64,000 bases of DNA, taken from positions 1-64,000 of the forward strand of contig DF236992.1 of the NCBI GenBank assembly GCA_000708835.1. Reading direction: 5' to 3'. Source of the DNA: Klebsormidium nitens. Its lineage: Eukaryota > Plantae > Klebsormidiophyceae. The stretch's first letter is position 1, and each line of letters starts with the position of its first letter. The position numbers and the translations under genes were made by a program. Under the pieces are notes generated by a model that saw nothing but the letters and a program-made list of their open reading frames with translations, made no database searches and was not told the DNA's origin. This document shows, one piece after another, positions 11,701 to 22,767 of the stretch.

Positions 11701-14700
11701 TGCGACCTTTTTCCACGACCTTATTTGAGAGCGTACGCCCAACATCTGACCCTCGTCATCAAGACTGAGATTACCCTCATGTGTACCCTTCCAGTTGAAA
11801 GGAGGTTCTGCAACACGCCGAGACTGACTTAGAATCGTCTCGCAGGAGGGCAACCATCCCTGGCGACCGTTGTGTCCCCCTTCCTGGGGGTCCTCCAGCA
11901 GACTGCCGCCACTCTAGAGTCTTTCCCCCCCGGCGAGGACGTCAGCCCCTCCCTTTCTCCAACATCGGACAGCAGCGCCCAAAGAACCGGGGCCACCGCA
12001 GTACTGATTCTCAACGAGGTCGTTTTCGGGGCGTCGCCCGCGTGGAACGCGGAAGACAGCCTCTTCGCGAATGCGGCTCCTACTCAAGAATCAGTAGATG
12101 CTCCCGGAGGTTCCAATCTGAAGTTGGCTACCGATTCTAAAACGGCGGCGGTGCGGGAAACCGTAAACGGTGGGCAGGGGGAAGCTTGCGTATCCTTAGA
12201 AACGGGTTCGGAGAAAACTTCTGGGCTTGAGAGGGAAACCACGAAACAAGCAGTAACCGGTCCAAACCGTGAGGGCGACCCGGTTCTCTCGGGTTTGGTG
12301 AACCGGGTGGTGCACGAGTATCTGGCGCCAGAGCTGTGGGACTCCCCGGTGGAAGCGTCCCGAGGGACTGAAGGGGCCGAGGTATCGCTGAGCACAGCAG
12401 GGGACAACGCCCGGCTTCAGCAGGTGGGGTGTGAATTTTTCATTTGTTGATCAGCAGCGAGAAGATCCTAACATTCTATGATTAGAATCGAACTTTGAGT
12501 CTGCTTCAACATGAGCTCAAGCACCTAAGAATCATCACCTGCATCTGCGCAGAATTTCTGCTCCAAGGAGGGCTCCCTTGAAAGTTTGCTTCCTTTGGGT
12601 CAGTCTACGTCGTCATTTGAGGCTCTGAGCGGACGCTGACGTCGGCCTTTGAGCCTCGAGGTGCGGTTGCCTATCAAAGGCATTGAAAACATGTAGCTTC
12701 CCTTTTCTTTTTCGTGTGAACGACACCGGGAATTGTAAAAAGCCATCCGCTTCGGTGTATTGACTCACGAGGCCGCTCTAAGGACCTGCCAGCAGCAGTC
12801 ACTTTGCACCCCTTAGAACCCTAAAACTTTGGAACCCCAAAGCCCTACAGTGTTCAGATAAGAGAGCTTCGGTTCAGAATCGCCGCACCGCCGCACAAGA
12901 GAAGATGTTTCAAACCGTTTGCATGATAACCTGGATTCAACTTTCGATTCGGACCGGCCGTGGCGAAAGAAAATCACCCTTATTTCTTTGTTAAATTTCT
13001 GGAGCTTACTTTGAGCTAGAGTCTTGCCTTTGGCCTCCGCATATCGTCCCCCTCCTTCTCGTCCGCTGGCTTCAAAAAGTCGCCCTTACTTGACTCTCTT
13101 ATTTCCAAGTCGCGACTTAGTAACTCCCGATTGCTCTTCCAAAAACCTCGCTCGACCTACTTACCGAACGCCACACGAATGAAGGAAGCTAGGAATCGTT
13201 ACATACGACGATGATTGATAATTATTGACTCTATCTTTGGCCAGATGATGATTGAGGGCATCGGCGCCTTTGCCCGCGCTCTGGGCCGCGGGTTCGTCGC
13301 TGACGGCGCGCTGATGTCAGCGGTGCTGTTCCCGCTGCTGTCCAAGCTCGGCTCGCCAAATGCCCAGGTACGAATGTCGCGACACTCCTCGAGGAATAGT
13401 ATTAAAGCTCCAACATTAACACTAAAAACCTAACCTACAAAATCACCCGCTCCGCACCCGAACCCACCCTAACCCCCAAACTAACCCCACCCGTCCCAGG
13501 CTGTTGGTCTTACTATTCCTTGAGCTTACTAGTCCCGAAGTGTTATTTCACCAGGTACGCCTCAGCCGTTGTCGGTCTCCACTCCGCTTGCATTCCAATG
13601 TCCGCTTTATGGTTGGCACTCATACTGCACATTCGATGAAACCTGGCCGCCTGACCAGAGTCCTGTTTGAGCCGGAGGCAAAACTTCACCCGATCCGCAG
13701 AATTTGAACCGCATGCCTCTCATCGAACGGCCCAAGTCTTGCGGCTCGAGAAATGTTCTGCGACTGGTTCAAGTCGGACTCGGGTCAGGCGGCCAGGTTG
13801 ACCGGATGTGCAGTAAGAAGGCCCCAATGGACCGCTCCCTCTGCTCCTCTTTTGCAAGAGGTCTCTTGTGTGGTGTTGAGAGCGACATTTTGTTTCCGCA
13901 GTCGATGAGAAGGGCTAAGGAACACGTAACGTCACCTGCTGCAGTGTTCCGAAACCTTCTTGCTGACGGAGAGGCTGCGCTCAAGTGCCAAATCACTCTA
14001 GATGCAGAGAGCAAGCAAAGCTCTCCTTTAGAGAACTCACCTCGAAGCGCTTCCCTTGAGAGTGCGCTTTCTCGCATGACTCGGGCACCCTTTTCCAAAA
14101 GCAGAAGGTGTACGCGCTTTTTACACTCTCCTCCGTCCCAAAAGTCTTTCCTTCGTCGGAACATGGATCAACCCGTGTGCCCCACGCCCGCAGGTCAATT
14201 CTTGGGCTACCCAATTGTGCGCAAGGCGGATGCCCTTTCCTCAAGGAGAGGGTATTCGCGCCAGCTTTACTCGCGTTCATTCAAAGAAGCCATTTTTCCT
14301 CCAGACCTCGGTCCAAACCGTCTGCCACGCTTGCAGGGCAGCGCTTCAACAGACCTCGCGCTCCAATCATTCTGCGCGCAGAGCGGGCAACCTCTCCCCA
14401 AGAAGAGTGTATTCGCCCCAGATGTACCCCTTTCATTTCCAAAACTCGTCTCTTATTCGCACCTCACCCTCAACTCACGTCCCGCAGGTTAGCGCTTCCG
14501 CAGACCTGGCCCTTCAGTCGATTTGCGCGCATGGCGGGTACCCCTCTCTGCGGGCGCTGGTCGCCGCGAACTCAGATTACGTCGTGGACGCCCTCTGCCG
14601 GTGAGCCTGACGTCCGGAATGAGGTTTTGCTCCTAAACCCCTAAACCGGCTCTGGTTTACGCCCTGAATTCGCTCGAAGCTGGATTGCCTAAGTAGCACG

Positions 14701-17700
14701 TGACTGTGTTAGAAATTGGAGGACGTTTCGGATAGCCCCTGCTATTGAAGTGGACGGGAAGTCCACTTTTCGGCGTAAAACAGGCCTTACCATTTTCGAA
14801 ACAATGTAGTATATCATAGACGTAGCGTACTGGGAGGCCAGAAAACAAAAACCCTGGGTCCCTTACCCTGATTTTCCCATGAGCTCTGTGAGATTCTTTC
14901 TACCCGGCGCTTCAGAGGTTGTTTTCCGGCAAAAAGGGGCATTGTGCGCTGGAAACCTGGAGCGACCCATAAGCCAGAGCACTTGGACGCCTTCTGAAGC
15001 CGTTCACCTTGCTTGGGCCGCACAGACGTCAGGTTCTAGGATACATGATGTCATGCAATCTGATTTGTCTTGTCAAATAGCACGTGCAACGCCGTTTCTT
15101 CTCACAGAAAGCGTCTCCCTTTTGGGACGAACTCGCAGATTTGGCATTCGGGCTTCCATCCAACACAGGCAATCCGAAGACGGCAATCCGAAGCCATCCG
15201 CTGTTTCCATACCCCAATGTTCCGCATATTTTCACCTTCCTCATTGGCGGTGACGCGTTTCTCTTCCTCTTCTCCGCGTATCCCAGCAGCGGCACGTGCA
15301 TCTGCGCCCGTCCCCATTCTTCCTCTCGTCTGGGCACCTTATGAAAAGCTTGTGCGAAATGGGCTTCCCCTCCTCCCTCCTTCCAGGCAGCTCCGCCACG
15401 TGCACTTGCACCCGTCCGCCCCGCTCCTTTTCGTGTCCGTCCTGCGCCGCACGCGCGCGACCGCGGACCTCATCCCGCTGCTTGCGGAGCCCCTCCGGAG
15501 CGTCCTCCAGGGCCTGGGGGTGCGCGCGCGCGCGCAGCACCCGCAGCACGCGCTCGCGTTCCTCCTGGCGCTCCGCGAGGTCGCGCGCGCCGCGGAGGAC
15601 GAGGCGCGCGAGGTTTTGGCCGAGGTTTCGGGGGGTTTGGGCGTCGGAAAGGGATTGGGGGATCGGAGCGGAGCTGAGAGTTTTGAGGATTTGGGGGACT
15701 TGGGCGGGGGCCGGAACATGGGGCGTTCAGGGGAGGCTTCGGAGGGTTTGGGCGCAGGGAAGGGTTTGAGAAGTGCGGAGGGCATGCCGGCTTTCAATCC
15801 GAGTGAGTCTTCGATCGCTGGGAAAAGCGCAGGCGGAATTACGGGGACTCGGACTGAACCCCAGCTTGGAGTGGTTTCGGAGGGTTTACGGACATCGACT
15901 CAGGCAGGCTTCGGTACGGAGAAGGACGAGGAAGGCGTCGGGCTGACACGTGGCGTGGGGAGGGGCCAGCCACGTGGCTCGGATCAGGAGTCGGAGGAGT
16001 GGTGGGACGAGCGGAAACGGCGGCGGGAGGCGGCGGCGGCGGTTGCGTGCTCGGCAGTGGACGCTTGCGCGCCCCTCATGGGTGCCAGGAGCGTTCAAAG
16101 CAGGTGGGGACTTTGTGGGGAATGCGTTTGGGGTTTGCGTCAAAATCTGAAGTCGGTATCTTGTGCGCTACGCTTCGCTGATGGGCGCCAGGAGCGTTCA
16201 GCGCAGGTGGGCAGTTTGTTCGAATTGGGTGTTAGTGGGGTTTGCGTCAAAGCTGGATCCGTTTGTGTTTTGCGGTTGGCTCCGCTGATGGGCGCCAGGA
16301 GCATTCAGAGCAGGTGGGCAGGTTTGCGAATTGCGCTTGAGTAGGGTTTGCGTCAAATCTGAAGCCGGTTAGGTTTGTGCGCTATGCTCCGCTGATGGGC
16401 GCCAGGGGCGTTCAGAGCAGGTGAGCAGTTTGTGAGGCATCGGGTGGAAGTGGGGTTTGCGTAACACCTGAATTCGGTTACGTATGTGCGCTGAGCTCCG
16501 CTGGTGGGGGCCAGGAGCGTTCAGAGCAGGTGGGCAGTTTGTGCATACTTCTCGATCTGGTAAGATCAGGCATAAAACAGTGAGCTTCTCTTAGGAATTC
16601 CTGTGTGAGGCTGGCACTTGATACACTTTCTGCCCTGCCAGCCGTGTCGCAAGGTTGTACCAAAGTGCGAAGCACCTAATTTTGACGCGCTCCGCACTCG
16701 TACATACCCTGACCTTCGGACCAACCCCACCCGTCCCAGCTACTAATCTACTAAAACGATGGGGCCTGTTTGTGCGGCGTTCTGCGGGAGAATCTGGATT
16801 GATAAAACTTGAACCCGTTTCACTTTTGTGCGCCCCGCTCCTTTGACGGGCGCCAGGAGCGTTCTAGTCCGGGGGGTGGTTTGTGCCGCATCAAGTTTCG
16901 TGGTGGCGCGTTCCGACTTTCTACATCGGAGCGTTCTGCGAGTTCGTAACTTTGTGGCTCTGGGGCGTTGTTTGAAAGGGGAGACGCGGGCCCTGGATCG
17001 AACGTCGATGTCGAGTCCTCGTCGGTGTCCTGTTTTGTGGATTCACACCGACAGAAGGAAAGTCTGCTGACGAGCGTGGCCAGCGAAAGTTATTCACACC
17101 GTCTGCTCCCATTGCACAGTTCCACAGGGCTAATACTCACGCCGGTTCAGCATTCTTTCACGAGCAACAAACTTCCTTGGCTTTCTTCTGGAGTAAGTAG
17201 TAATCAGCACACGAGCCGAGCAACCCCGCACTGTCGATCTGGATAAGCGGCTACTTTGAACCCCATTCACACCCTGCCTTTCCAGGGTGGTCGCGATGGA
17301 CATTGCGGAAGTGGGAATGCGCGCTCTGGCAGCGGCCGAGCGTGCGGAAAGAGCCCACAAAGACGCTGCGGAACAGTCCGCCGCGGAAGCGCCGGATATC
17401 GACATGGACAGACAGGAGATCGAGATCAGCAACCGCGTGCTGCCACGTGTCCACTCCTTGTGGCCCCACGTGGTGCAGGGCCTCAGGCACACGTCAGCAG
17501 CGGTGGGTAATTCTGCTTTCCTTATCCGGTTTATTCACAGAAAAGACTAATCCAATAGAGATGTTTCAGGTACAACTTTTTGCTTCTCCCTAAGTCATTT
17601 GGTCCATTCGGTTGAGTATTGCTTGAAAGCCGCTGGGGCCTTCTTTCCTGCCTACTAGCATACTCGCTTCCAAATGTGACGAAAGTTACAAGGTGAGAAG

Positions 17701-18542
17701 GACACGAAACGCGCTTAGAGAGTGGCAAACTTGGAGGGCGCCCTTGTTCTTCAAGAGCTGATGACAAGTAGGTCGCAATCTGACTTTTGCAACGTGTCCG
17801 ACTTTTGACAGAAGCTGGACGGAGCGATCGTTTTGAAATTTCAATCTTATACGGTTGACGTACTGAAGTCTGCATCTAAAGGGTCACTTCATCAATCGTG
17901 TCAAAGCAAGAGCCGCTCAAAGATCGTCGCCTTCCGCAGGTAATCGAACGCGCGCTCGGCCTCATCTGCTCACTCGCTGCCACGTGCGGGGGCGACTTCA
18001 TGGCACGCAGAATCGAGACTGACGCGTGGCCGCTTATGACTAGCCTCCTCCTTAACGGAGTCCCGAACGCGGGAATGAGCGCTTCTCCACGCGCATCTCT
18101 TATGATCGTCAAAGGCGGGGAGAGCAGCCGGGGTGCCGCATCGAGCCCGGCCGCCGACTTGCGCGTGCGGGCAGGGGTGCTTTCCTGCTTGGGAAGCCTA
18201 GCCGATAACGAGTTTAGCCGGGGGGCGGTCGGGCGGATGGCCGGCGATATGGCGCGCAAAGCGTCGCGCTTTCTCGAGGAGAAATATGCGCAAGGTTTGC
18301 GGGACTCGGCGTCTGCGGCTTTGCTTGCGCTCGCGAAAGTCGATTCGGACGCAGTGTGGGTGATTCTCGTGGACATAGCGAATGTGGGCGCTCGAAATGT
18401 CGCGGCGCCCAAAGGCTTTCCGCCGATGGAGTCTATTTTGCCAACGCCAACGAAGGTTGCGGTAGATGCAGAGATAGGGGCACGAGAGACACTGCGCAGA
18501 TTAGATGCGTGGCAAGGGCGAAGCTCGGTGAGCAACTGGTAA
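5731..18542 (+). CDS. TTI1: TELO2-interacting protein 1 (TTT complex HEAT-repeat subunit), 16 exons
   Basis: Exons 5731-5918, 6545-6854, 7133-7222, 7677-7925, 8253-8438, 8784-8891, 9204-9361, 9911-10040, 10741-10876, 11320-11454, 11846-12423, 13245-13367, 14488-14600, 15387-16103, 17286-17502, 17940-18542, all GT-AG. Family motifs: LQACIDYILFPL, DALAFFLPGVAS, ECLFALAYDD, EGIGAFARALG, ANSDYVVDALCRQLRH, LPRVHSLWP, GGDFMARR, DSDAVWVILVD. Confidence 0.93.
8905..9090 (+). repeat. Degenerate 95-bp tandem duplication in a TTI1 intron
   Basis: TATTCCTGGCAT...AAGCAG(A/G)ATCCGTACA begins at both 8905 and 9000. Confidence 0.7.
14175..14550 (+). repeat. About three degenerate copies (~145-150 bp period) of a 3' splice site plus exon start in TTI1
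   Basis: GCAG|G acceptor-like junctions precede 14194, 14337 and 14488. The copy at 14337 reads GSASTDLALQSFCAQSGQP against VSASADLALQSICAHGGYP in the true exon. Confidence 0.75.
16070..16540 (+). repeat. Five tandem ~103-109-bp units spanning a TTI1 exon end and 5' splice site
   Basis: Core ATGGG(C/T)GCCAGGAGCGTTCA(G/A)AGCAG|GTG(G/A)G with donor-like junctions after 16103, 16206, 16313, 16420 and 16529. A further diverged copy lies near 16836-16870. Confidence 0.9.
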
Positions 18543-18615
18543 AGTGGTCGCAAGAGGTTAGAACCATTCATGTTGAGATGCTGGGATGTCATATGAATAT
18601 GACGACCGATTTGTG

Positions 18616-18665
18616 AGTGCAGTCAGAATCGTCATATTCTAAGTGCAGTCAAAATCGTCGTATTG
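18616..18665 (+). repeat. 26-bp tandem duplication just 3' of TTI1
   Basis: AGTGCAGTCA(G/A)AATCGTC(A/G)TATT occurs twice, at 18616 and 18642. Confidence 0.75.
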
Positions 18666-20040
18666 TGAGTGCCTCTGTCACTCATGACGAGCTTTACTAA
18701 AAGATTCTTGGGCTTAGAGGATCGTCAACGACGGTACTGTACTATGACCTTCACTACATTGCCAGGGCTGAATAGTTGGTGGTCGTTGTTACCGACTGAA
18801 GGCCGCACCTTGGGACTGAAGACAGGAGTAAATGTAGTTTTCGGTGGGGACGGCACTATATTCGGATAACATGCACATGAGCTCGCAAAATAAAACTGAG
18901 TGCCTTGTGACGATATATCCCAACCGGGTTGCACTGATTGCTGCACTTTCTTTCGTTGAAGCTCTTCATAAGTAGTAGTGCTCACTGTTCATTCGCACTT
19001 CTGTCTGCTTTGGAGTACGAGCTGTACTTTCCTTCTACTTTGACTCGGTGGTCACTCTTCAAGCTTACTACAGGGTGCTCTAATCAATATCATCTTGTAC
19101 GATGCCATGATCTGACTTTTAGTCGATGCATGGCGCTAATGCATTTTGTGCACAGAGGAGAAATCGACCTGCTGCATGCAAAGATCTTTCTCGAAACAAG
19201 GCTGGTGAGATGTCCTGGTCGCCATATAACTTCCGCATACATGTAACCATTCATCGAATTGCCCCGGACAGAAAAATATGTTACTAGCACGGGGCGGCCG
19301 GCACTCAGTGACGCGCGCGACCATGCAGGATTCCACATTTCAGTGCCCGATCCAGTATTCTCGTGCTGATTCGGTCGGCTCATGAGACTAGCTAGAAAAT
19401 TGGTTAAAACTTTCTCCTTTCGATCCACGTGTCGTGACTCGTATCGGATTTAGGTAGTACACGAGTATCAGACTGCATCTCTCATCTCTCAAGCTTTGAC
19501 CGGATAATAATTGCGCGGCCCACCGATATTAGCCAATCCTTATCGATTCATTCATCGGCAGGGAGATTGATTACCGTCAATTCAGGCATCCCGAGCATCG
19601 GACGGTAAGGACCCTTGCATGCGCTCCGACGAGCGCGCGGCCGCCGCCTATTGCGCTCGGGGTTTGTCCCGCAGGTGTCAGAATGTGTCAGGAATCTGTT
19701 TGCAATCAGGATCCGGATTGCAAAACATACGTCATGTTATCCGGCTGATTGACGGGGTGGAAAGTATCAACTTCCAAGGCCCTTGAAGAGCGGAACAAAG
19801 CGGTTCTTCCTATCCCACCACAGTAAATTTTGTGACACTGTAACACGGAGCTAGTCCGAGTTTGCGATTACACCTGCACCGCTAGTGTCATGAACTTACT
19901 CCGGTTGTACGGGCTTCGTACAGCTGGCAGCGGGCTGAAGCTTCGGCCCAAGTTCCAACTGCCGGCGACCCTTGTACTACCTAGTAGCCTTGTAGCCTTC
20001 TGGCTAGTGTGCGAACTCCTTAAGTGGACAAATAACCATA

Positions 20041-20395
20041 AAGTTTAATACCTATAAGGTACGTTCCCTATAGGGAATTTGATTAACCGTAGAGGAATAT
20101 TGTACATGGGAGGCCCCGGGCAACACTAAAAACCTAGGGTAATGTGACCGACAGACCCTAATGTTACTGAGAAGTGCCCGGTTGTCACCCGGCTTGCTTG
20201 CGAGACCCTAATGTCAGAGGGAGGGCCTGCTTGTTACCCGGTTGCTTGCGAGACCCTAATGTCCCAGGGTAGGCCCGGCTGCTTCTCGGGTACGCACCGC
20301 GCAGCGCGGGGTACGACCGCGCAATCATTAAACGTACAGTCCTCTTACGCAATACAGTACCTTATAGGTCACATTGCCTTATAGGTATTAAACTT
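20041..20395. mobile_element. MITE with TA target site (Tc1/mariner/Stowaway-like), 355 bp
   Basis: Perfect inverted repeat AAGTTTAATACCTATAAGG (20041-20059) / CCTTATAGGTATTAAACTT (20377-20395), flanked by TA on both sides. Three internal ~48-50-bp units begin AGACCCTAATGT. Confidence 0.75.
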
Positions 20396-22767
20396 TATTT
20401 ATGTGTGGACAAGGGCACCTCAAAGCACTTAGGTCGCCCCTATGATATTATCATTAGCTGGGCAGATACCATAGTAACGGTAGTTGGGATCTCTTGGACC
20501 TTGATCTTCCTTGAAGCTGAAGCCAGCGAAAGGGCTTTAATTTGGGCCAACTCTGGAGCCATCACGCGCACTGGGGCGTTCGGTTGGTGCTTAACAGCAG
20601 CTTGTCATGATGCGAATGCACCTCGAAACAAGGGATTTTGAAATTCATCTTGGCTTGGTTGAGCTTAGGGGCTGAAGGCTTGGCAGGTGGGCAGTCGCCA
20701 TAAGGCTCGCTGTCGACGCTCTGCAAACGTCCGACGGGCCACTGAACATTGGCTCCCCTAGAAGCTCAAAAGGACTTTGTTCTCTTCGGAAGGTGTTTTG
20801 CAGAAACGAGGAAGTGGACGGGCATTGTGTGATCACCACTTAGAAAGATGCCAGAGGTCTTGATCTGAAAGGGCTAGGGCTTGGGGCCATGTCGCAGATC
20901 TAAAGCGGTCTTGTGACAATCAGAGGATTAGGCATTTATACAATTGGGCACCTAGAACTGACTGACGTTCAGTGCGCCGCCCTTACCATGGGGGAGGGCC
21001 AACGTGGGCAGGCGAGCTGAGGCGCTCGAAAGAACATTTCAGGTGGGTGATCCTCCAGGAGCAACGGGCCAGCCACGGACTTGGGTGCCCTTGCAATGCC
21101 CATAAAAGCGCCAGCTCGTGTCGGGTTCGCCAAGTCCTTATTTTAGAAAGTCTACACAAAGATTGGTGGGTCATGAAGCGCAAGAGTGTTTGTCTGCTGG
21201 ACAGTGTGGGCATTGTTTTCTCTTGAGAGTAATTCTCTTTTGGCTTCGTGCGAGAGGCTTATTGGGCTGAGACAAGCGTTCAGAATGCCCCAGCGCAGAG
21301 TGACTATGAGGCCACAACGTTGAAAGCGAACCGCTTCAATCGTGTTGCACTTTTTGTCCATATATCTATGCTCTTGAGGTGCAACAGTCTGCAGAGACCG
21401 AAAGCGCATGCTGACGTCTATTGAAAAGTTTACGTGTCTGATTTTAAGGGCAGCTAGAGTCTCTGATAACCTTTCCATCTGCGGGTAAAGCTAGAGTTGG
21501 GGCTCACTTGGTCGCAAGGCTTGTTCTGCAGAAAAATGCAAAGAGGTAAAAACCTCTTTTCTCCTTTTGAGTCACTTTAACAGGCAGTAAATTCTGGGCG
21601 CTTTTCTGTTGAGCTGGCCCGCTGTTGCCTTAAGCTTGCAGGCTGGCCTTCCATGCATCCCAGCTTTTCCTTCTCGCACACCATCTTTCTCTTATGCGCT
21701 CCCTAGCCCAGCTGAAACGCCGGCTCAATTGTTTTCAACTCCATTGAGTGGGAGGAAAGGTCCTCAATGATGAGGGTGCCTTGTTTCCAAACTTCAAATG
21801 TTCTTCCCAAACAAGTAGCCATCTGCAATGATTGAGTTGGCAAGCGAGCGTCCCAGAAGAGAAACGGTGACCACATACCACATCGCGTCACCCAAACGGT
21901 GGGGTTCCTGGTGCGAAAAGCCCTCTAGATCCATTGAAGTTGATCGTCCCACAGGTCAACTTTCTAGAGTACTTTGTCGTCCAAGCTGCCTGAGGGTCTT
22001 ACTTCTAGGCAATATTTTGAGGACTGCTCTCTGTAAGGAGAAGAGACAGTGGGGCGGCGTATCGGCTCACACACTTGTCGAGGAGCGCTCAAGTTGCTTC
22101 CTACCCAAAGAGACTCTTTCGAACCACCGTCATTCTGGCAGACAAATCTCGCTGTCTATTCCTAGGCTCGTACCAGCTCGCTAACGCCTTAAAAGATGCT
22201 CTGTGCAGGTCTCCGAAGCAAAGGAATGCTGACGGGAGAAGGTGCAGGGAAGAGTTGGCTCCAAGCATCAAAATCGGAGGTGGGTCGCTCTTTGCCACAA
22301 TCCCAAGGTGCAGAATGGCTGACAATCATGTGATGGCTCGACCCCTTACGGTCCGCTTAGTCTCCTCTGTGTCTGTCATCGTTCTGGACTGTGGCAGCTT
22401 CAAGAGGGGGGATTGGAGTGGTCCTGGAGCTTGAGGAAGGAAACAGAGTAGTGGGAGAATGAGGAGACGAGCCTAAAGGACCTTTTGTGAACATGTTTTC
22501 AAGGCAGATGGGTTTACTTTCTTGAGGAGTCTTTTGTATCTCCGAACGTGGGAGCTTTGACAAGCAACTTAGACTTTACTACGGATTCGCAAGCCCTCCT
22601 TTCCGACATTGTTGTTTGTATATTTACCTTCTCCCGTCTGATAGCCTGTGCTTCCTTTTTCCAGTCTCTCTCATTCTTCTTACTTGCTGGTTGGGAACTC
22701 GGACGTTGACCCTGATCCATTGGTTCAAAGTATTCGGCTCTCAGGGCCCCCATCCTGTAGCGATCTA

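Noticed and set aside
13704-14492. 262-aa plus-strand ORF inside a TTI1 intron
   Set aside because: No recognisable domain. It partly consists of the duplicated splice-site units, and the flanking exons join directly (SPNAQ|VSASA) without it.
16070-16540. Regularly spaced repeats as a CRISPR-like array
   Set aside because: The whole ~107-bp unit is homologous, including the supposed spacers. It derives from an exon-intron boundary, and no cas genes are present.
17876-18592. 238-aa minus-strand ORF
   Set aside because: Antisense shadow of the GC-rich last TTI1 exon.
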